NCBI GenBank assembly: GCA_023920165.1
Contig: CP089276.1
Location: forward strand, 310,001 to 374,000
Source: Curvularia clavata
Lineage: Eukaryota
Direction of reading: 5' to 3'
Length of the DNA: 64,000 nt
Made by a program: the position numbers and the translations under genes. This document shows, in pieces, positions 12,136 through 24,710 of this stretch; the stretch's first letter is position 1; every line of letters begins with the position of its first letter. The notes beneath the pieces were generated by a model, which searched no databases, had not been told where the DNA came from, and worked only from the letters and a program-made list of their open reading frames with translations.

Positions 12136-14019
12136 ATGGCTTCTATATTTGTAGCATGGGCCTTATCTAATGCCTTCGTCCTCATCGCCTCCCTTACGGC
12201 CACGTGGATCGAATACGTATCCAGTGAAGTACCAAAGCCCTATCTCGTAAGTGTGCATACTATCATAATGCCACACTACTGACAAAGCCAGGATGAATTC
12301 TTCCATGTTCCGCAGGCCCAGAAGTATTGTGAAGGAGACTATTCGTGGGATCCAAAAATCACAACTCCACCTGGCTTGTATGATCAATTTGCGCAACTGG
12401 TACACGCAGACAACTTACTATTCGCCCAGATATCTAGTATCCAAACTTTTCAAGCCTCTCCTGGGTTGCGAAACACGCTCATTACGTATTCAGAATGCTG
12501 TTGCTCTATGTGCCGTTCTACCCATGAGCTATCTCATTCTATGGATGCTACGGTTTCGCGACAATCCACGCGAATCCTCGCCTCAGAGAAAGGACACTTC
12601 TAGGATTGGCTCTTCCGCTGGTCATCCGAGTGCATTTGCTGATATTCACTCTGCCATCAATATCGCCCTATTTCCACCCCTCTTCTTTTTCTCTGGGCTA
12701 TACTATACCGATGTCATGTCTACATTGACTGTGTTGTTCGCATACACTGTACATCTGGCGAGCCCCCGAACATCTTTTAGCCCTGTACATGGCGTTAGTG
12801 TTGTCTTTTCCAGCATCACTGCATTGTTTTTCCGACAGACGAACATTTTCTGGGTGGCCGTGTTCCCAGCCGGACTTGCTGTCGTAAACACACTCAAGGG
12901 AGATAAACCCTCAGGCACTTCGAACAGCCGCGACATTGCGGGAGTTCTGCGAGAAAGCTGGGAAACGGGAACTGTTTTTGATCCTCCTGCGCAAGACGCT
13001 GAAATTCAAGGTTAGCAAGACCGCGGTCATACAAAGATGGAGATGATTAACAATGATTAGATGTCTTCATCTTTCTGCTTTCCATAGTAGTTGCTGCTCT
13101 GAGCAGGCCTCTACTTGTACTCAAGGTTGCCTTCCCATATGCGATCATTCTGGTCATATTCGCCGGCTTCGTTGCTTGGAACGGCAGTGTTGTCCTTGGT
13201 AGGGACTCGAGATGAATCCAGAGTCTGATAGAGCTAACGTCAGTAGGTGACAAGTCGGCACATACAGCCACGATACATCTCCCACAAATGCTGTACATAT
13301 GGCCATATTTGGCGTTCTTCTCCTTTCCCCTTCTGTTAGGGCCACTTCTCCGACCCATCGTCCCGTTGCTGCCAAAGCCAGTCCTGGATCTCTGTGACAA
13401 GGTCCTGAATACTTCTACTTATGGCCTCCCGTCGCTTCTCGCATCCAGCATGTTCATTATCTGGGCCATGCTCTCTGTTCACTTCAACACCATCATCCAT
13501 CCGTACACTTTGGCTGATAACCGACACTATGTGTTTTACATATTCAAGTTGCTTCGATTGTACCCAGCGCTGAAATATCTCGCAGTGCCTGTTTACTTTG
13601 TCTGTGCATGGGCTATCGTTAACGCTCTCGCTACACTGGCAAGAGCTGTGCCTACAGAAAACAAAGATTCGCCAAAGGATAAAAACGAGACTGACTCCAC
13701 CGTACTTCGCACAAACACTGAGCCTTGTCGAGTCAGTTTTGTCGTGATTTGGCTAGCTGCAACTGCTCTATCCGTAATCACAGCCCCACTGGTTGAGCCT
13801 CGATACTTCATCATTCCATGGGTTATTTGGCGACTGCATGTCACCCGCAATGTGGCTCCAGAATCGTCATCATCAGTCGGGAAATGGACATTGAACATAG
13901 GCATGTTACTGGAGACAATTTGGCTTCTTGTCATCAACTTAGTCGTTTCATACGTTTTTTTGTACCGAACGTTTACATGGGCGAACGAGCCTGGCAACCT
14001 ACAGCGCTTTATATGGTAG
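12136..14019 (+). CDS. ALG10: Dol-P-Glc alpha-1,2-glucosyltransferase Alg10/Die2 (introns ~12247-12291, 12378-12429, 13011-13060, 13199-13246)
   Basis: Spliced motifs [82 protein letters not shown] and C-terminal QRFIW; multiple transmembrane segments. Confidence 0.95.
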
Positions 14020-14554
14020 TTTTGGGGTATTTCCGTGCGTACGAAGCGCTCGCCAGTACAGGGGTAGAGGACCCAGTCGTCATAATGTACGAATGGATCT
14101 TCATGCACAATCAAGTTTTCCCAGTACGAGTATCCACTTCTTCAAACAAGACATTTTTTGCTGGCCCATCAAACCTACGCCACAAGCAGCATGCTGGAAT
14201 GCTACACAAACACAATTCGCAATAGATAAGAATGTATTCAAGACAAAGTAAAACACCCGTGACAAGCATCCAGAGATACAAAACAGATCCAATTGCATCG
14301 ATGCATATTGATACAACGCCTTCCCTCGAATGATACTACATTCTTCGTCTGAACAGCAAAAAACGCCCAGCTCCTTCTGACTCTAGTCCCGTGGACTCTG
14401 ACAAATCTTACACAACAGCATTTGACCCAGTACCATGATCCAGTTTTTTTTGTATTGTTCCACACACGTTTTCATTTTTGACGACGTCGTCTCAGTGTAT
14501 CCGCGCGTTTCCGCCCAAGATGGCGTGTATTACCAACCGCTTCCGTTGCAGCGC

Positions 14555-15011
14555 TTAGTGCTTGCTGTGCTCATCGCTTCCCATGGTCAACCTCAGGACA
14601 AAGTTGACAACGACAGCAGCGAACAGAGCAATGGTGAGGATGGTAGGACCTAGCCTATCATCAAAGCCGCCCTGGCCCCTCAACCTGATGCTCCTGGCGC
14701 GCCAGTGGAATGTAAACAGAGCGTAAATCATGGCCATCATGGCAACGAGAGTGAAGAGACCGGCGGAAATCTTTCCGATCTTGTCTCCAAAGTTAAGGAG
14801 GCCGATTGCGAGACCGCCGAGGATAACGGTGAAGTTGAGCCATGAGAGGAAGGTACGCTCGTTGGCGAAGAAGACCTTGGGCTCGACGCGGGTGGGAAGG
14901 GCGATGCGCTTGCCTGGAGGGGATTTGTTAGCAATGCGGTGCGAGTCGAGGTCGGTATCTTCAGGGCGCGAGCTTACCTGGCGCAGTCTGGAGAAGAGGT
15001 TGGGTAGACAT
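14555..15011 (-). CDS. VTC1: Vacuolar transporter chaperone subunit Vtc1 (intron ~14914-14977)
   Basis: [37 protein letters not shown]...DDRLGP, three transmembrane helices. Confidence 0.95.
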
Positions 15012-15570
15012 GACGAAAGCGGTTGTTGTATAGCCCCACTGGTGTACAGCAATGAAGAGCTCCTGGGCGGTTTCCTGTGCTGGAACGGATGCGCAATTGA
15101 CGAAAGCGGTACGAAGGAAGAGATGGCGCAGCTTCAGCAGTTCTCGGCAGGCACAACAAAGAGGCTGGAGGAATCAAGAAGCGCGGCAGAAATAATCAGA
15201 GCTTGTCTCGACTTGCGGGTCGCGATGAACCCAGTTGCAGACCCATGCTCCCAAGCAAGCAGTCAGCGTGCAGCCAATGGCGAGGCGCCATGCGCCCATG
15301 TGACAAGCCCGGGCTGAGTGCTCCTGATTGGCTGACGGGCGCAGCGCAGGAGCTGGAGTGGCCCGACCGGCCGCACCTGCATGGCTCTGCGAACAAGCAA
15401 CCACGTTGGCGTGCGGGCACTGACCTCGACGCTAGCTCTCCCCAAACACGTAAACACGCTTGCTATCATCGCAGCCTCACCACCATACACTCTACCCGTC
15501 CCAGATCCAGTCAATCCCCACACTCTGCCCTACCCCTGCCTGCATTGCTCCCAACAAACTCTCCATCACA

Positions 15571-16169
15571 ATGGCTGTAAGTGCCCCTTGGAAATCGCAG
15601 AGGAGCTTACTAACACCAGAGCGACAGGATCATTCACCGCTTCCCACCTCTGAGCTGCAGCAGATTGCTCAAACTGTAAGCACATACTGGAGCCTGGTAT
15701 TCAAAGCCCAGTGACATGAACTAACCACGCCCACCAGGCCTGCGAGCAAGCCGTCGGATCCGCCACATCATACGACCACACCAAAGTCGGCGAGTGGAAC
15801 AGCGAGATCATTGTGAGCCCCCCATCTGCCTCCAAGACGGCAGTCTTTCGTGGAATAAGGAGCTAACTCGCCTGCTCTCATCAGCAACACATCCTGAAGA
15901 CTCTCATCAGCAAGACGACCCCCGCCTCAGATTCCTCGAGCCCAGACGCCCCCTCGCAACCCGCCTACAAGTACATTGCCAACAGCACCGTCATCCAACA
16001 CCACGGCAACTCGCCCGCCGACATTGAGAAGCAGGGCCGCCGCGGCATGCACAGCGCTGTCGGCGCCTTCTGGAACAACGAGAAGGACGGAACATACACG
16101 TACAAGTGGGAGGCGGCTGATAGCAAGGGCATGGACATTGTCATTACTATTACCTGGATCGCCATCTAA
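15571..16169 (+). CDS. Tctex-1 family dynein light chain (6-nt first coding exon ATGGCT; three introns)
   Basis: Spliced product MA|DHSPLPTSELQQIAQT|ACEQAVGSATSYDHTKVGEWNSEII|QHILKTLI...YKYIANSTVIQH...RRGMHSAVGAFWNNEKDGTYTYKWE...IVITITWIAI*. Confidence 0.9.
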
Positions 16170-16360
16170 AAGGGGAAAAGCGTTGCGACAATTGTTGGTG
16201 CACGGAGTGGGGTCTTCTCAGCAGAAGATCAACTTCGTAACCCTGTAGGCGGAGAGACGAAGGAGCGAGTAAAGGTCACACGGTGAGATGGCTTACTGAG
16301 AGAAAAGCCAGGTGAAATTGTTTGAACTCCCTATGTGGCTTGGATACGCCCCTTTTCCGA

Positions 16361-16390
16361 GTGCTGCGTTTCCTTGTGCTGCGTTTCCTT
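16361..16390. repeat. 15-bp perfect tandem duplication (GTGCTGCGTTTCCTT)x2
   Basis: Directly visible between the convergent Tctex-1 and metR 3' ends. Confidence 0.85.
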
Positions 16391-16854
16391 TTCCTCATAG
16401 CTAGCGGCGTTGGAAAAGCTCAAAACAGCGAAATTGATACCTTTAAAGTGCAGCCCCTCCCTTGCCCAGTTCAATCACATAATCAAATAGCAAAGACCTC
16501 GTGTTGATGTCGTGCATATGAGAGAGGAGATCTGTGTGCGTGTGTATCCACAAGGAAACTGTGGATAGCATGGTTGAACATGGTGCGTATTTTCTGCTAT
16601 ATGTATGCAAAGATTTCATCTTCTCATTTCTTCGTCTACATGAAACGTCATGGCCTCCTACGGCTCGTTCATGCTACGCATCCCCCAACCCAACCCATGG
16701 AAGCGCAGTGCAACCCATCAGAAATCCGCCCCCCGCAAAGCACAAAACGGCAGAGGTGTATATCAAAAGTACTCGGGTGTTAAACAAGAACACTGACAAG
16801 ATAATTAACAAGCACAAGCAAGAAGCAGAGAGTATTGACAACAGAAACGAATTT

Positions 16855-18049
16855 TTAGGCATCCGCCTTGGGACTCTCGTCCTGTGTGCCCACACCGTCT
16901 GTGTGCGTAGAGCTACTCCGTCCGCTGGTAGCCTGCTCGCGCTTGTTCAGCAGAGCCTTGAGCTCGTCTGTTGTGCTCTTGCCACCGCTCTTCTCGGTGA
17001 TGAGGCTCTTAAGCCAAGCATTCTCAGTCTGCAGCTGCTCGATGGTGGCTTCGAGCTTGGCCACCTTCTCCTGGGCTTCCTTTTGCGACTGCTCGAGAGC
17101 CTGCTCACGCTGCTTCTTCTTGATGCGGAAGCGGGCGCTTGCGGCTGTGTTGCGGCGTCGCTTGTCCTCTTCTGCTGCAATGCGGGCATTCTCGTCGAGC
17201 GACTGTGGCATCACGGGGGCGCCATTGTCGATCTTGCGCTTCTTGGAGGCTTGGTCGTAGCCCTGTGCGATGGGTGACACGGAAGCGTTTGGCGAAGCAA
17301 AGTTGGGTGCGATTGGGTAGTGGTTGGGTTGATTGTGTGCGAGCGGCAGAGCCGGATCAAAGGGGCCAGTGGCGGGGAAGTTGTTGAAGTCGGTGAAAGG
17401 GAAGTCGCCTACAAGCAGATCCAGGTCAGCCATGGCTCAAAAGGATCATCAGCAGACAACAGCGGGGGAGTCGCGAGCTGAATAACCTGTCTCAAGCAGC
17501 ACAAGGAGTTGCGTGCTCGGGACCATGCTTAGCAACAAGGCTGCATGCGCATAAGTCCCTCTGAGTGGTTGGTTTGCGGAGCGTGGGGGTTGCAACGCAG
17601 GCAACATAGCATGGCGAGAGGGGTCTGGCTTGTGCCGTGCCTGTCTGCTATTGGCTGACGTATTGCAGACATATTACACGGCGGCTGCAGCGTGCATCTC
17701 TCGACGAGGCCAGGCCATTGCGACAGAAAACGGTCGTATGAAGCATAATGAATTACTTACCATTCAAGTTGAAGTCCATGTTGACGCTGGCGGCTGGCTG
17801 AAAACCCTCAGTGGTCTTCAGCGGCTGTGAAGGCTCGTTGTCGAAGTTGATGTCGAAATTGCCAGAGGTGCCGAAATCCACGCTGCCGCTGTGGGCGTTG
17901 CTGACGTCAAAGAAGTCTGCGTTGAGGAAGTCTGAAAAGTCGTCGACTGGTGCGGGATCGGCGAGCAGGTCCTGCTGTGGCGATGGCTGGTTGAGCGTCG
18001 CAATGTACTGGGACACGTTGGGCCCTCGCTGCCCCTTGTAGGATGACAT
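16855..18049 (-). CDS. metR: bZIP sulfur-metabolism regulator MetR/CYS-3 (single long intron ~17409-17760)
   Basis: Exon 1 MSSYKGQRGPNVSQYIATLN...; exon 2 has the bZIP AAEEDKRRRNTAASARFRIKKKQREQALE...LQTENAWLKSLI, characteristic of MetR/CYS-3. Confidence 0.9.
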
Positions 18050-19437
18050 GGGCGTGATGCGCTGTTAGGGCGTTGCAGTCGACAGCGGAGATGGAGTGAA
18101 GTTGCTGGAGTGTCTGATCGGGGCAACAACTGGGGGTGGGCTTCGGAGGGGTTTTAGGACCGGCCAAACCCGCGTTGAGCAAAGCGGGTCCCGATTACGC
18201 TGGTGTGTCGTCTTCTTCTGGCAAGGCTGGACGCTGAGACGGCGCCGTTGGGTGGGTCGCTGGCCTGATGTCGGTTTTGTGCTACGCAAGGCCTGCGAAC
18301 ATGTGCAAAAAGAAAGAGAGCTGTGTGGGAAAGTGGTGACGTTGAACGATTGAGGAAAAATACGCAGGGCGTTCGGAGTGTCCCGCGGAGCAATTCTAGT
18401 CACTGTTAGCGGTTTGCAGCGAAGCCGCAGTACAGCCGAGACTCACCCCACGTGCGTCTGGGGCACCACACCTCGGGATCTAATGTCCACACTCGTATCT
18501 CTGCGGAACCTGAACCCTTTTGTGAACGATGGAGGAGAAAGAAACTCTTCTCTTTGCTCTGCGAAAACAAGACACATGTACAGATGAACAGGCTTACACT
18601 GTCTTTTGTGCCCTTTTGCGTCGACTTTCCTAATTCATACCCTGAATTTCTAAGCAAAGCCGCCCACGCTGTCCTCTAGCGAATCACACGGCATCCGGTT
18701 GCGCCGACTTTTCTCCACCCATTCACAGCGGGCGTAGCAGTGACATCGGAACCTCGTATATGGAGTATAGAACAGGGAGACACGATTACTTCGTAAAGCC
18801 CTCACCGAGCAAGTGCCGGACAAGCAGTAAATTCTTAGCCCTGCAGTTTGTATATATGGCTTAGGCAAGTAAAGAGAACAGCATGGGCTCTGCAAGTCCT
18901 ATGTACATACCGAGTGCTCAGAGATGTTGTTATTAGGGGTCTCAATACTATGTGGAGTTCGCTTCTACAGCCTTATTTCTAATCAGACTTTGTGCAGTGA
19001 ATAAAAGAATTGGTCAGCTTCACTGGAATGCGGGGCTAACCCACGCCTACTCACTTTTGGGTGCAGATACAGCGCCCTAAAAGAACTGTTACGCTACTCG
19101 ATTATCTAAAGTCTGCAACAACACCAACTTCGGCGGATTGCTCGCGAGTAGTCATGAGACAACGACAGGAAGCTGAGCAGTTTAATGATGACCGCTTTTT
19201 ATACCGATGATACATGCAGATTTGCAAGCAGCTTGGTGCCATCCGCGATATTTTGCTACAGCATACATGCGAATCCCAACAATCAAAATGTCCCCCTGAA
19301 TGTCAGCTCCGACCCTTAAATGGCGGCAGACCCTTTTTTCCCTTCTTCTCTTCAAAGTGCGTGGGAGCGGTTACGGTAAGCTGCTACAAACGTCGCAGGG
19401 TAGACGGGATGGATCAAGTCACGTGGCAGCAGGGTTA

Positions 19438-19443
19438 ACGCGT
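19438..19443. promoter_or_regulatory. MCB box (ACGCGT) upstream of CHL4
   Basis: ACGCGT about 105 nt before the ATG at 19547. Confidence 0.45.
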
Positions 19444-19546
19444 CTGACCGCCTGAGCGCGACTCCTCCCTGGATATTATCGATAAACGCCTCTAACATCA
19501 ACAACTGCCTGACCCCTCCCATGCCGACAAGCAAAGCACAGATGCA

Positions 19547-21043
19547 ATGGCTGCCGCCCCGGACTACAAGAATATCCCCCACTCGCACCGCCTACCAGTA
19601 ACTCACCGTGATGTCCAGCGCACCTTCACAAAGCTCTCCCGTCAATCACTCATATCCCTCGCACTGCAATGGCTCAGCAAAAAGAACCGCGACTTCTGCA
19701 AACCCTTTCTTCTCGAAGATCGCACAGACAACGACGATGATGACGAGACATACGAGCCGGCGCAGAGTTATGAAGTGCTTCAGGAGATTTACAAGCAGCT
19801 AGCTGCACGCAAAGGTGGCCGGAGAGAAGTGCTGGATCGCATACTCGAAGGAGACTGGCGACACGGCATATCCATGTACCAGCTCGCCACAGCAGAGATA
19901 CAATACCTGCTTGACCACCCCAATGCCCTGCGCTGGACGGCGAAGCGCCTTACCAAGATACCCAATGCGCGATCACCCATCACAGACATGGAAGTCACAA
20001 ACGAATCCGACCATCTCCCTCGCTTCCAAGCGCAAACCTTCATGTCGAATCTAGCGAGAGAGTTGACACCGCTGATGAAAGCCCACTACCTCATTACACG
20101 AGTCAAGACTTCGCCCATGACGATACTTCGCGTCTACATACACGATTCACCATATAGCAACGAATCATCGCTGGCAGTTGATTCCAGTAATTCGGACCAT
20201 GCGAAAGCTGTCTTCTTCATATGGCCCAATGGCTCTCCTTTTGTATATTCCTCACTGGCGACACTGACTGGTCAGGTTGTCAGCGACGATGGGCGGCATT
20301 TGCGAGAAATTGTACAGCAGGCAATACCAAAGGCCTTCTCAAGGCCTTCTGCACGATACCAGTTGACTGGCACCAATTTCACAACTAAATCACTCGACGC
20401 ACTTTTAACATATCGTGGACCTGGTATGAGTAACGCCGCAGCGGGTGGTTGGAGCATCTTTCAAGACCACAGTTTCAGTCAGAATGCTCTAGACTTCATC
20501 ACTACACAAAAAGGTGACAAGCACGACAAGTCTCAAGGTGACAAGCACAGTGCAGGTGCTGGGAATAAGGCCGGTTCAGGGAGGCCGAAACGACCCTTGG
20601 ATGACAAGGATTCTCCAGAGTCCAAGCGTCGGAAAGAGGTAGCTGCTGGCCGCTTCGGTACCTCAGCTAGGCCAGACGATGGCCAGGGTCTTGAGCGAGT
20701 CGAGGTTCGGATCGACGACCCATTCCCAGCTACTTCGAATGCTGGTGAAAGGACGCAGATAGGTGGGGCACAAACAACACAGCGGTCCCGACGTGGTCGT
20801 CCTTCCCTTCTCGAGAGAACCGAAGAAGACCTGGAGGAGATAGAGAATGAAGAAGGCTGGGTGCCAAATGTGCGCATTACCTTTCAAGGCACTCACGTCT
20901 TTGCGGGCATGAGGCAGCTAGTCGAAGAAGGCATTGTAGACGGTGAGAAGATGCCAGGCTGGATGACTGGCGAAGCAGGCGTCACAATAGGGTCAGTCAA
21001 GGACGGACGAATAAGGAGCAAGGACGGCGTCCCAGGTGTTTGA
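19547..21043 (+). CDS. CHL4: Inner kinetochore protein Chl4/Mis15/CENP-N family
   Basis: 498-aa intronless ORF with KLSRQSLISLALQWL, DRILEGDWRHGISMYQLA, AAAGGWSIF and C-terminal FQGTHVFAGMRQLVEEGIVDGEKMPGWMTGE. Confidence 0.88.
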   Translation: MAAAPDYKNIPHSHRLPVTHRDVQRTFTKLSRQSLISLALQWLSKKNRDFCKPFLLEDRTDNDDDDETYEPAQSYEVLQEIYKQLAARKGGRREVLDRILEGDWRHGISMYQLATAEIQYLLDHPNALRWTAKRLTKIPNARSPITDMEVTNESDHLPRFQAQTFMSNLARELTPLMKAHYLITRVKTSPMTILRVYIHDSPYSNESSLAVDSSNSDHAKAVFFIWPNGSPFVYSSLATLTGQVVSDDGRHLREIVQQAIPKAFSRPSARYQLTGTNFTTKSLDALLTYRGPGMSNAAAGGWSIFQDHSFSQNALDFITTQKGDKHDKSQGDKHSAGAGNKAGSGRPKRPLDDKDSPESKRRKEVAAGRFGTSARPDDGQGLERVEVRIDDPFPATSNAGERTQIGGAQTTQRSRRGRPSLLERTEEDLEEIENEEGWVPNVRITFQGTHVFAGMRQLVEEGIVDGEKMPGWMTGEAGVTIGSVKDGRIRSKDGVPGV

Positions 21044-22354
21044 TGAACTTGCAAAAATCTCAATGCGCGGCGCTCTTAGGTGTTTTGATATCGGTATACC
21101 CACCATTTTGCGGCGTATGGCTTTGCTTTGTCCTTGCGTAGAGACGATCGCAACGCTATGTTTCTATAGCCATTGCAATTTTGTAGTATTTCGGACGTGC
21201 TATCAGCGTCGAAATCCCAACAATATTTCTTCCCCAGATCAATATGTGCCAAGATCTCAGTTAACTTTTCAGCCCCTCACGCACGCGTCGTCAGCTCTAG
21301 TTTCCTCAACGCGCTCCAAGACGCATGGAAGGTTGTGTCACAACAAGCTCATTGGAACTATACCAGACCGTCATGATTAAAAAAAAAGGCGCACTCCTCA
21401 TGAGGCATATATCGCTCACCATTCGTCCATGAAAATAGCTCAAACATCATCTCTGATCCATGGTACCAAACCGACCGGTTCATTGCTCAAATCCTTACGA
21501 AGCATGTTGCATACAGACCATCAGCCTCATCAACTCTTTTTTTAGGAAGAGCAGTTGAGGAGTTGCGAACGATTCGCAAGTCCCCACAATCCAGAATTGA
21601 GCCTCATGTGGCTTGCCCATCCATCTCCGAGCCCTTTTCTTCGCAAACCCTCAAGCCACGTCATTCAGGCCCCCTCGGCCCGGGCCCAAGGCGTCCTCAC
21701 GCGCCACAGCTAGCCCTCTTAATGGCTAGTCCGGAAAACACGGAAAAAACCCAAGCACGATATACGCCTGGGCCGTGTAAGCCTGACCTCTTGGTTGATG
21801 TCATTTCTGCGGCCTTGCATCCCTAAGGCCAGAATGCGCTGCGCGGATTGGGTGTGGCGTACTGTGGCTGGTGCACGGTCTAGTGTAACGAACAAGGGTG
21901 GCTTTGCCGGTTTGCCGGTGGAGGGACAAGGACCCAGTTGAGGCTGACTGCACCTATAGTAGGGACTTGCACCATGCCGAGAAGCGTCATGTGGTCTCGT
22001 GTTTGCGGCCTATCCGAGCAGTAAAGCGTATATTTTGCGCGTCGCTAACTGTAGTTTGACCGGGGGGAAGAGGGAAAAGTGGGTTGGACAGATGGAGACA
22101 TGGCTTGTGGTTGGATCAAGCAAATGGATAGCAACAGATGTGCCTGTGAGATTGAACTTACTCCCCAGCAAGCAAGCGACCGGTGACCCTTTTCCTCCCC
22201 CACCCCAAGAAAGCTTGGAACTTACGCTCTGCATTGCTGGAGATAACAGGTCTTGGCACATTGAGAGAAAAATCCGATGAATATATAACTAGGTGAATGT
22301 TCCCCCCCATGTAAGCTTCTTTTGCACTGCCACATTTTACACAACCCTTTTCTT

Positions 22355-23041
22355 ATGCCATATAGCAATAGCCTCTACTCAACCGATACTATTCCTATTC
22401 CAGAAGAAACATACTACTACACACAACACCAAGCCCACTCTCTTATCAGCCAAGCTCCCTACGCCATCACCTTCTCCACATCGTCACCTACCACACTGCC
22501 GATGACAGACCACCACGACCACAGCATTGACATCCGCGACTTGGATGCAAGACTCGCTCGTGTTGAGCAACTTCAACACCAAGAAAACAACCACCACCAC
22601 CAACAAGAAGAAGTCCCATCTACCAACCAGACTAGCATCCATGGAGGACGTCCCCGACCCCCCCTTGATACCTCACTCCTCCCCCGCTTCACCAAATCCG
22701 CAACCATGTCCACAACCTCGACAGCTACTTCCGCCGCCTCAGCGACAACCCATCTGCACCCTGAGAGCGTGGGTCTCGCCCCTGGCGCATTCAGTAAGCC
22801 ACGGGTGCCGAGACGCAGTCGGAGGGATACGTCTGCTAGTGTCAAATCAGCCAGCAGCAGCGCCAGTGGAAATCGTAGGACTCGCAGTGAGGGAGAGCAG
22901 CAGCCGGAATTCAGGTACTACGGGCGCCATGGGAACCAGTGGCTTTTCAATGATTTTAGTTTTACGGGCGCGGTCGCGAAGGGCGTCAGGAGGGTTTTCA
23001 GTGGGAGCGGGGGGAAGGATTGGTATGAGGAGAGGAAGTGA
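22355..23041 (+). CDS. Hypothetical disordered protein with C-terminal YYGRHGNQWLFNDFS motif (alternative start 22501)
   Basis: Open frame from ATG 22355 or 22501; low-complexity body; the terminal YGRHxNxWLF motif resembles small conserved proteins of filamentous ascomycetes (recollection). Confidence 0.7.
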   Translation: MPYSNSLYSTDTIPIPEETYYYTQHQAHSLISQAPYAITFSTSSPTTLPMTDHHDHSIDIRDLDARLARVEQLQHQENNHHHQQEEVPSTNQTSIHGGRPRPPLDTSLLPRFTKSATMSTTSTATSAASATTHLHPESVGLAPGAFSKPRVPRRSRRDTSASVKSASSSASGNRRTRSEGEQQPEFRYYGRHGNQWLFNDFSFTGAVAKGVRRVFSGSGGKDWYEERK

Positions 23042-23647
23042 AGGCAAAGCTGAGAAGGAAGAGGAGTGCCTAGAGAGATGGATAGGTGCATGTAGGAAAG
23101 AAGAAATCAAACTTGGGAAAAAGGGACTTTATGTGTGCTTGTGAACTATGCCTGTGACTGATTGACTGACTTTTGGCTGGGTCTTTTCTGTGCAATTGAA
23201 TATGTGATTTCAACATCCCAATTTCTCCATGAATTGAGATGCATACTCCCTAGCTGCGTATAAACCAAAAGAGTCATGAGAAGAGAATTGGTGACTAATA
23301 ATATCGTTATAATTTTCTCTACATAGGTCCCATGTATGTCTACAATAGAGATGTGTTCGTATCGGGCGTCATGCACGCATGCAGAATCACCCATGATGTG
23401 CCGCACTATGCCATTTGCCATGTTGGAAGGATATGCCAAAAACCAACGCCTCGCTTGCTAGAAGAAAAAAAAACATGATAGGAATGCAAATTGCTCTTTC
23501 GTAGGTTCGTCATCGCTTGTCCGTCAAAAGGACAGCTGTGATGCATGCCATTTCCGCACCAATGTCCAGGTTCATATCTATTCGGATAGTAATGTTATCC
23601 GCAGAAAAGTCGCCATTTACCGCCGTCGTGGCAGGAGAATGTGGCAT

Positions 23648-24643
23648 CTAGCCACGCTTCCAGAATTGGTGTTTCTTCTTTGGTGCTTTTTCCGTTGCGC
23701 CAGTGCTCTGCATTTGATATGCCTCCTCACTACCTCTCTTCTTGCCCTTCTTGACATCTCTCCTGGATGCACAGCAGCAGCACAGTCCCGTCTGTACCAA
23801 CCATGCGAAGATGGCAAAAGCACTAGCCACCCACATAAAGGCAAACAGCGTCTTTCCAATCTTTGCCCCGATGTTAAGTTCTGCCACGCCAGTAATAGTG
23901 TTGCGGAAGATGACAAACATGACGGTGGCAATGACCGAGGCGACGGTGACGAAGAGGGCGTTGAGGAAGGCGAGAATGGCGACGGGAAGGGCTAGCCAGC
24001 GCGTGTAGATGGAAATTGGCATGACGAAGATGAGTACGAACGAGAGGACAGTGCCGGTGAGGAAAAGGCCGAACATCCAGTTCGAGACGAGATGGATGAG
24101 GTCCAGGATGTCGTTGATGTTCGCAGGGAGATTAACTAGTAGACATGGTTAGTTTTCTCTTGCATTGCCAACAAGGTGCCAAAACTTACTCGATGCGCCT
24201 GCGAGCAGCTCATTGCGGAGAATCTCCACAGGATTGAACCAATACAACGTGGTGGGCTTGCTGCAAAAAGTCACACCCTCGCCCTTGTATCCCTCGCAGA
24301 AGCCCCACAGTCCGACCTGGTAAAAATCATGGAGACCCAACGTCTGCGCAATTGTATTGATCAGGGCAAAGTTGGGAACCGTAGCAGGCACAATGTTGCT
24401 CAGGTCGAGGCGGAGAAAGTACCAGTTCTTAATGACGGGTTTGTTGCGTACACCGGCAATGTTAACCAGGATGAGGAAGATGAAGGCGACAAAGAGGAAA
24501 AAGGAGGTTGCGAGAGCCCATCTTTTGCGCCGACGAGTGGCGCGCTTGATTTGCTCTTTGCTGAGTTCGGGGACAATGGTGGGAGATGTGTCTTGCGTTA
24601 CAGCTGTATCGTCGGACGTGCGGTGGTGAGAGAAGAGCCGCAT
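23648..24643 (-). CDS. SUR7/PalI family tetraspan membrane protein (intron ~24136-24189)
   Basis: TM1 followed by LGLHDFYQVGLWGFCEG and C...YWFNPVEIL (claudin-like W-x-x-C motif), three further TMs and a CCCC palmitoylation-type tail. Confidence 0.9.
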
Positions 24644-24710
24644 GATGCAGGAGGTGTGGCGGACGGGTGTGGCGCGTGCGGATATGTATGCGTGTAAGCC
24701 TCAAGGTTTG

